Part shown: positions 17,001 through 26,000 of the stretch, in pieces
Layout: each line of letters begins with the position of its first letter
Position numbering within the stretch: the first letter of the stretch is position 1
Origin: an uncultured Candidatus Saccharibacteria bacterium
GTDB lineage: Bacteria > Patescibacteriota > Minisyncoccia > Phycocordibacterales > UBA9973
Reading direction: 5' to 3'
Length of the DNA: 34,477 nucleotides
NCBI GenBank assembly: GCA_964519485.1
Contig: CAZFKY010000001.1
Span: 1 to 34,477, forward strand
Notes under the pieces: model-generated
The model's database searches: none
What the model was told of the DNA's origin: nothing
The model's input: the letters and a program-made list of their open reading frames with translations, nothing else
Translations under genes and position numbers: made by a program

Positions 17001-20000
17001 TTGCTCCAGTAAATACACCTTGAGGTGAAGATAGTATTACGAGTGGTGTCGAAGCAGAAGAAAGCGTCCATGTCTTTCCTCCTGCGTTTAATGTAGTCAC
17101 AGCACCTACAGCATCCCCTGCCTTACCCACGAGCAAACTTCCAGTTACTGTTATGCCACCTGTACCAGATTGAGTTGTTATAGTAAAAGGAGAAGATGCA
17201 TGAGAATTTGAAAAAGTTAAATTATTAAAAGTCCAATTGTTGGTGCCACTAGTTGTGCCAAAGTTTTTTGCAGCTGATACTCTTTGTTCAAAAGTATTCC
17301 CTGAAATATTTATAGTGCCTGTACCTACAACTGCGCCATTTACTGTAATACTTCCTGCGCCAGAACCAGACAATGTACCATTTACTGTAAGATCTCCTGG
17401 TATAGTTAACGTATTAGCGCTAGTGGTCAAAGTACCAGCTGTAATGGTAACACCGCCGACAGTAGTAAGACCAGAAGAAAATGTCCATCCCCCTCCGCTA
17501 CCATTAAATACTAAAGTGTCGAAATTACTAGATCCGTCTTCAATGGTAAAACCTGTTCCTGTCGCGGTGAATGTTGTTGTTTGTCCACCACCATAAGTAA
17601 ATGTTCCGCCATTGGTGAAATCTCCTCCCACAGAGAGAGCATTTGTACCCATTGCAAGAGTTGCACCAGATTGGATCAACACATCACCATCTGGGTTGCC
17701 AGAAGTTGATGCTGCGGTTGTTGTCACTGTTCCTCCTGGAGTAAATGTATTACCTGTCCAGACTAGGAGCTTGTTGCCAGAAGCCACAGTCAAATTTCCA
17801 GCACTTTCAGTAAACTTAATATTTGCATTATTCGCACTGTCATAAGCCCCCATATTTGTATTAGTTGTAGCCACTCCATTTTCATTACGCACTATTACTC
17901 TTTGGGCATATAAATCTATTGTGACTGGGTTGGTTCCATCGGCTACTTTTGTCACCGCGGATGCTTGTTGAGATGGGGTTGCGCTATCTACAAAAATAGT
18001 AAACACATCCCCTGCCACAGCACTACCCACAGCCGGCAAAGTATATGCACCAGTTCCTGATACTGATGAAGCCGATTGGGCAAGCACTCCGTTCTTAGCC
18101 ACACGCACAGTGAGAGATACTCCTGTAAGAGGTGTAACCCCTTCATTAGTATATATAGTTCCAGAAACCACAACCCCCACGACTGGGAATGACCAACAAG
18201 TAGAATCATTTATAGTAGCAGTAGGATCATCCACAGAAGTAGAATCCAAGCTAACTACAGCAGAGGAAGAACATCCAGAGTGTTGTAGATTTACATATGT
18301 AACTGTATTTTGAGTATTCAAAAAATCTGCAAGCCATACAGCCGTGGATGTAGATGTAATTGTTATCAAGTTTCCAGATGTACCAGTAACTACAAAAGAA
18401 TTTGCCGGACCATTGAAATTAAAGGTGGTACCAGCAGTAAACCTCACTGTCTTGGCAGCACCAATACCAGAGACATCAAACCCATAAAATGTAGTCGCTC
18501 CAGCGATAGTCGCCGTAGATGTAGTATTAAACTTTACTGTACCATTATTGTGAGCAAAGCCAGTAGTAGTAGCAGGAGTATTAGTAAAATTGCCACCTAT
18601 CGTGAGAGTGCCAGAAGTAGAGGTAAATGCTCCTCCAGTATTCACAAGGAGGTTGCCAGTCAAATTGATAGCAGAGTTTCCTCCAGCAAAAATTCCAGAT
18701 GCCCCAGCACCTATAGTCAAATTTACTGCTCCCAAGGTAAATCCTGTGCCTTGAGTTAGAGTGGTGCCGTTGCCTACGGTAATATTACCTGTTACAGCGA
18801 GACTAGCACCTGTGGTCCAAGATACTGTGCCTGAAGTTGCTAAATCCCCTGTCACTGTAGTCACCGCGCAAGTCACAGTGCCACTACCAGTAAAATTTAA
18901 ATCATCATATGTGGTGACCTTACAATTTGGGGCTGCAGCGGTATAATTCACCACATTACCTGTGGCTGTGGCATCTAGAGTTGTGATGCTAGGAGCCGAA
19001 GCAAAGCCGATATTCAAAACTCCTGTAGCACCGTTGGTTAAAGTAGCTCCAGCCAAACCACCACTTACAGTGAGGGTGCTGTTGTTTGCAACTGCGGTTG
19101 TCGCAGTGAGAGTACCTGCTACTGTAGTGGTGCCACCTATAGTAGCAGTACCAGAACCATTCACAGTAAGATTATTATAAGTAGTAAGAGCAGTAATAGC
19201 TGGCGATGAACCTGTATAAGCTATGGTATTGCCTGTATTTGTCAGTGTGCCTGAAACAACAAGAGGGGTGCCAGACCCAGCGAGAGTAATAGTACCGGTA
19301 GTAGCAGCAGTTAATGTTCCTGTTACTGTCAGATTTTCAGTATTTATATTTTCAGAACCGGACAAGACTAAGGTATCACCAGATTCTATTTGTAATGTCT
19401 CCCCTGTATATGAATTTGCGCCACCGGCACACCCAGTACCTTGCACATTTAAAGTACTTGAACTGACAGAATACATTACGTCTTCATCATCTGTACAATC
19501 ATAACCAATGCTTGTAGGATCAAGATTTGTTAGAGTCATGGATTGGTCATCGACAGAACCTATAGATAAGACATTGGTATTTAGTACTATTCCAGTCATA
19601 TTTCCAGTACCATCATATTTAGCTATTGCCGTAGATTCAGCAGCATCAGCCACAGCATCTATCCATGCCACGAGGACTTGGCCAGAAGATATAGCAACAT
19701 TACTAGCACTCCAAGTGCCTCCACCAATTACAGCACTCTGACCTGAGAGCACTCCATTGATTGCAAACTTTACTGTTCCTGTAGTATTTGAAGTTCCTGA
19801 CACTGTAGTACCGCAACCACCGACTGTCCAAGTGGTGTCCCCTGATTTAGTAGAAGTGTAAATAGTGACAGAACCAGTCATATCATCCACATCTACGTTA
19901 TAGATATTAAATGTTCCCGTACCTGACCACGCTCTGGTAGTGTTGTTTACACTTGATCTAATCAAAATACTATCTGCTCCATCCACGCATTGTGTCCCAT

Positions 20001-23000
20001 TATTTGAGTTAATAGTTATGATACCAGAGTTGGTGACAGTACTAGCTAGAGTTATCTGCCCTGTTCCTATATTTTGCCATACACCAGCTGAAGCCACAGT
20101 GATAGTACTGTTTGCAACCAAAGTGCTTGCTTGATCAAAAGTTCCATTATTAACATTGAGAGCAGCTCCCAAGGTCACTGCTCCAGTTATAGACAAAGTT
20201 CCAATACCATTTTTTGTAAGTCCAGACGCTGAGCCCACAGTACCCGCCAAGGTTACAGTGTATCCATTAGTATCGATAACACCGACAGAAGTAAGGGTGA
20301 CTGCTCTAGTGGATGGTGAAGAAATATTCCCTCCTGCTTGGAGTGTACCTCCGTTAAATATAAGAGTGTTGGTAACACTTCCATTACCAATAGCAGTAGT
20401 ACTGTTGGCTCTCAATGTACCTAGAGTTATTGTAGTTGTACCTGTATAAGTATTACTACCAGAAAGGGTCACTGTACCTGCAGTAGTTTTCGTCATACCT
20501 ATAGCACCAGCCAATATTGCACTTACTGTTCCACTTGAAAATGCATATGAGGTACCGGTCAACACTCCCGAACTACTTGTAATTCCACCATTGGTGAGTG
20601 TCACAGTACCTACTGTGTCAGTAAAAGTTGCGAGGTTGGCAAAGCCACCGATTACAGTAAGGTTACCAGAAGACAGAGCATCGTTGATCCCCCACGCCAA
20701 AGTTCCCGCATTGATAGTGGTCAAACCTGTAAAAGTATTTGCAGCAGAAAGTGTCACCGTGCCTCCGGTGTTTTTATTTAAGGCAATAGCACCACCGGCT
20801 AGCACTGCACTGATTGTTCCATTTTCTACAGTATATGCTGCTGATGATGCTATAGTTGCCGCACCACCAGTGTTCACTATAGAACCATCGATCAAAGTCA
20901 CCGCACCAATAAGAGTGGTGCCTCCTTCAGAGAAGCCACCAAGGTCCCATGTACCACCAGCCACAGTCACCGCTGGTGTAGCAAGAGCATCTGCAATGCC
21001 GTATTTAAGTGTTCCTCCATTTATACGCACAAGACCTGTGGTTACACTTACCGCACTAATTGTAAGAGTACCTGAACCATATTTAGTTATTGTTGCTGTT
21101 GTTGCTGAAGCACCGTAGACACCTGATATCGTCACCGGACCTGAGCCATCAATTGCTAAATTTCTTAAGTTTGCAGCAGTAATAGTTCCACCAAAAGTAA
21201 GTATACCAGCACCATTATTTGTAATTCTGGTATTAGAGCTTACTGTCATGGCACCAAAATTACTGTTCCCTGTTGCTGAGCTCGTAAGAGCACCACCATT
21301 ACCTATGCCTGTACCACTTAGGTTTAGGGTTTCGTAAGTAGAAGCCCCACCCAAAGAAAAAGTACTAAGATCTAATACCGCACCATCAGACACAGTGACA
21401 CCTCCTGCATTTGTACCGAGAGGAGTGTTTGTTGCTCCACCACTAGCACCCAATTGAAGTTTACCTGTGCTTACTGTCATAGCACCTGTCATTGTGTTTT
21501 GACCTCCCAATATAAGAGTACCTGAACCCTCTTTCACTAAAGTACCTGTACCCGACCATACACTATTTGTGGCTTGAGTAAAATTACCTACAGCAACTAC
21601 TGTAAGCGCAAAATTACCTGAAATTGCACCAGATACAGTCCAAACTCCTGTGCCATGATTGGCGACACGAGAAGCCGCACCCATAACAATATTTCCAGTA
21701 TAAGATATAGTATTATTAGAGCTATTTATAAATGCTCCGGTACTTGCGATACCAGTACCATTTATAGTAGCAGTCTCTGCAGTGCCCAGGGTAAAACCAT
21801 TCAAATCAAAAATTGCACCGCTTGTAACTGACACACCACCAGCACTTGTTCCGAGTGGTGTGTTAGAGGCACCACCAGCTGCACCTAGTTTCAAAGTACC
21901 AGCACTCACTGTGACAGCTCCTGTAAAAGTACTCGTAGCTCCTGATATAGTCCAGACACCAAGACCATTTTTTGTAAGTGTGCCTGTTGTTGTATTTAAA
22001 TTACTTGAAAGTGTTCCATTTCCCGCTCCACCAATAGTTAAAGCAAAAGTATTTCCTGTAATATTTCCAGTATTAGTAATATTTATATCTCCGTAGTTAG
22101 AAATAATTGTACTTGCTGCACCTAATGTAATTAATCCACTGTAAGAAACAGCTGCACTAGACTGATTTTGTAATGCTCCGGCACCCAAAGCACCACTCAA
22201 GGTCAGAGCTTCGGATGTTCCTAATGTGTAACCATTTAAATCCAAAGCCGAATTTGCTCCGGAAATTGTAGTCCCCGCTCCTGTTGTTCCGAGTGGAGTA
22301 TTTGTTACCCCACCACTAGCCCCGAGGCGGAGTGTTCCTGCGCTCACAGTCGTTAGGCCAGTATAACTATTATCCCCAGCAAAAACCAACACTCCTGTTC
22401 CTGTGCTCTTTGTTGGAGCAAAAGCACCACTAATGACAGCAGTAATTACAGCATCATTATCCATAAGTCCATCTGCAATATCAAATGTTCTAGCTGCACC
22501 TAGTCCTAGGTTACCTGTAACTAAAGAAGTTTTATTTGCATCTGCAATAGTTGTGAAGGTGCCTCCCAGAGTAAGTGTGCCTGCACCAGTAGTCACAGTA
22601 CCCACACGAAGAGAGAGGGCACCTATGGTATCAGAGTTACCATTTAGATTTGCAGTTCCATCTACAATAGTCAAACCTCCACTCGAGAGAGCATTACTAA
22701 CACCCCAAGTAAGAGTGATGTCGTTTACATAAGTTATACCTGTATAAAGATTGGCCGCACTGAGCGTAATAGTATTTCCAGATCCACTTAATGTTAAAAG
22801 CCCTGTTGTGGCTGTGCCGATAACTGCAGAGATTGTGGCGTTAGCTGTTGCTAAGACATCGAGTTCAAAAGTAGTAATACCGATAGTGGTATTTGCTCCG
22901 GCTATGCTTGTGGCTGAGTTCATTAATATGTTTCCTGAAAGTGAAGCTGAGGCCATAGTGATAGTAGCAGCAGCATTAGTAATACCAAATCCGTTTAATG

Positions 23001-26000
23001 TCAGTGAGTTGATACTCACAGTGCTTGCCGCCACATTACCTGTCAATTTCACGTTTGCATTTGCAGCCAAGGTAGCAGAATATTCACCAGAAAATCCAGC
23101 ACCATTCAATAAACGTAGTCCATTGGTATTACCCACATTGTAGGTCACCATATCGCTACCTGTACCAGATAGAGAGCTATCTCCAAATGCACCTTTAATC
23201 ACGCTTATAGTAGTAGAGTTGGCAGCACCTGCCGCACCAGTGAGGGTCGGTGCTGTAGTAAACATGAGTGTTGATACATTGGCCGCTGGAGTAGAGCCAA
23301 AACTTGTCCCACGAAATAATACCGTAGCTCCAGCTGTTCTACTGAAACTAGTAGCAGCTCCAAATGTAAGCGTGGTGGATCCACCAGCTCCCGGAATCAC
23401 GGTCACAATATTATGACCAGAAGACAATAATAATTGCCCCATTGTCTCTGAAGATGTACCAGCTGCGTTACCAATAAAATTCAAATTACCGTCGTTCATG
23501 GTTAAGACCAAAGAATCTAATATACGACTAGCTACAGCAGTGGTGCTATTGTCCAGTGTTAGAGTAGCAGTAGGATTTATGGTAATAGCAGATACAGACA
23601 CAGCAGACCCAGAGCCACTGATAACCACCGTTCCAGCATTTATAGTCATAGTACTACTAATAGTATTTACTCCAGTTAGAGTAACTGTGTTGTTTGTGTT
23701 TTTTGTGACAGCCACTGCTCCAGCCAAAATACCGCTCACAGTTCCACTCTCAAGAGTATACGCGGTACCAGTAAGTGCTGCCGAGTTTGCAATAGTACCA
23801 CCCACGAGTGTTACCGTACCTATAGTGTCAGCATTGGCACCATTATTAAAAGTACCTCCATTCATTATCAGGTTAGTAGCCACCAGAGTTGTGGTTGCAG
23901 CATAAGCAAAAGTTCCCGCATCAACACGGGTGATACCAGTATAAAGATTGGCTCCTGTCACTGTAAAAGTTCCCGAACCCTGCTTGATGATAGATAAAGC
24001 CACTGCGGGTATTACCGCACTAAAGGTGATATTACCTGAACCACCTACATACAAAGAAAAAGCTCCACCCACAGCTCCTGTTATAGTCATCGTCCCAGAA
24101 TTGTTTGTAATACGGGAATCACTAGCTTGAGTAATAGAACCACCAAAAGTACCACTGCTACCGACAATGGATCCGCCATTACCAATTCCACGTCCATTGA
24201 TAGTCAACGTTTCAGTTGTTGGTAATGTAAAACCATTAAAATCAAATACAGCGCCACTGTAAACAAAGACACCCCCAGCGTTAGTTCCGACAGGTGTGTT
24301 GGTGGCGCCTCCACTAGCACCAAGTTTTAGTATGCCAAGGTTTACACTTAAAGCTCCAGTAAAAGTATTTTGTCCAGATAAAGTCCAAGTACCGATACCA
24401 ATTTTTGTCACTGTTGCTGATCCTGTTCCTATAATACTTGCCAAGGTTCCGACACCAGATCCACCTAAAGTAAGCGCGAATGTCGCTCCAGATATTGTCC
24501 CAGCATTAGTCAAACTAATATCACCCGAATCAGCTTTTATTAAAACACCAGTAGAACCTAATGTAATTAAACCACTGTAAGTAACAGCTGACCCCGAACT
24601 ATTTATTAAAGAACCTGAAGCAAAATCTCCCAATCCATACCCAACTCCGTTTAATGTCAAAGGCTCAGCTGTAACTAAATTAAAACCATTCAAATCTAGA
24701 CGAGCACCTAAAGCTACTGTGGTTATGCCTCCGGTAGTTCCAAGTGGAGTATTTGCTCCACTTCCTGCGCCACCAAGTTTTAATGTACCCATACTGATGG
24801 TGGTCGCTCCTGTATAAGTGTTGTTACCCGAAGCAATAAAATTTCCTATACCATCTTTAGTCAAAGCACCTGTAGTCAGAGCTATCACTCCTGAAATAGT
24901 GATATCACTAAAACCTCCGACTGTTAGACCTATAGCTGCACTATTGATAGCGCTACTTATAGTAAGAGCTCCGTAGTCAGCATTTATTCTAGCTGCTGCT
25001 GTGAGAGTGATCGTTCCGCTATAGCTCACGGGTGTGTTGACACTATTCATGAGTGCACCCATGTTGCTATTTCCGGCTGCCACCGAAGTACCAGGACCGT
25101 AACCCAATCCAGCCAAAGAGAGTGGCTCTGTAGTTGATAGCGTATATCCATTCAAATCAAGAGCAGCGATATTGGCAACGGTAGTTGCTCCGACAGCATC
25201 ACCGAGTGGAGAATTTACACCATCTCCGGCACCACCAATCTTCAAGATACCACTAGTGATAGTGGTTGCTCCTGTATATGTGTTGTTGCGAGTCATAAGG
25301 ACCACACTGTCTGCAGAAGTATTTGTAGCTATACGAGTCACAACAACTCCAGTACCTCCAATAATAGCGCTCACTGTTCCCTCTCTAAAGTTATATGAGG
25401 TACCAGTGAGCACACCTGTTGAACCAGTGATGGTTCCGTTTTGAAGAATAACTGCACCCACTGAATCAGTAAAGGTAGCAATATCTAAAATACCTCCATT
25501 CACAGTGACATTACCTGTTGAAATAGCATTATTTATGCCATAAAGAAGTGTGCCTTCATTTACAGAGGTAAGTCCTGTATAAGTCTTTGCGGTAGAAAAA
25601 GTAAGAGTGCCAGCCCCATCTTTAGTCAAACCACCAGTAGTGGTGATAAGTGAAGAAATGGTTATATTACTAGAAGCATTTATAGTAAGCTCAACTGAAC
25701 CTCCTGCTATGGTCGTATTTGCACCATCAATAGTAGCACTAGAAGCTGTATTTAAAACATTACCAGAAGTAAGTGTCACGACTTGGGCACTGCCAGGGTT
25801 GGATATAGATCCACTCCCACTCAATATAAGAGAATTTATAGTAGAAGTAACCGCCGCTGTGCTGGCTGTGAGTTTTACATTGGCATTTGTTGTTGCAAAA
25901 TCACTTGCATACTCTCCACTAAAACCTGCACCGTTGAGCAAGCGTAAACCATTGGAATTTCCTCTACCATAAGTCACCATATCTGTACCGTCCCCACTCA

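Larger units (their letters stand above)
12480..17290 (-). repeat. Five-fold coding super-repeat in the C-terminal third of the giant gene
   Basis: The landmark motif (K)NFGTTSG(T/S)NNW(T/D)F occurs at nt 17221-17280, 16561-16620, 15601-15660, 14281-14340 and 12961-13020, with spacings of ~660, 960, 1320 and 1320 nt. A second landmark, NK(I/V)IFAKG..GTQ.LN..SDLG.IQISAN.G.TTL, occurs three times. Confidence 0.85.
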
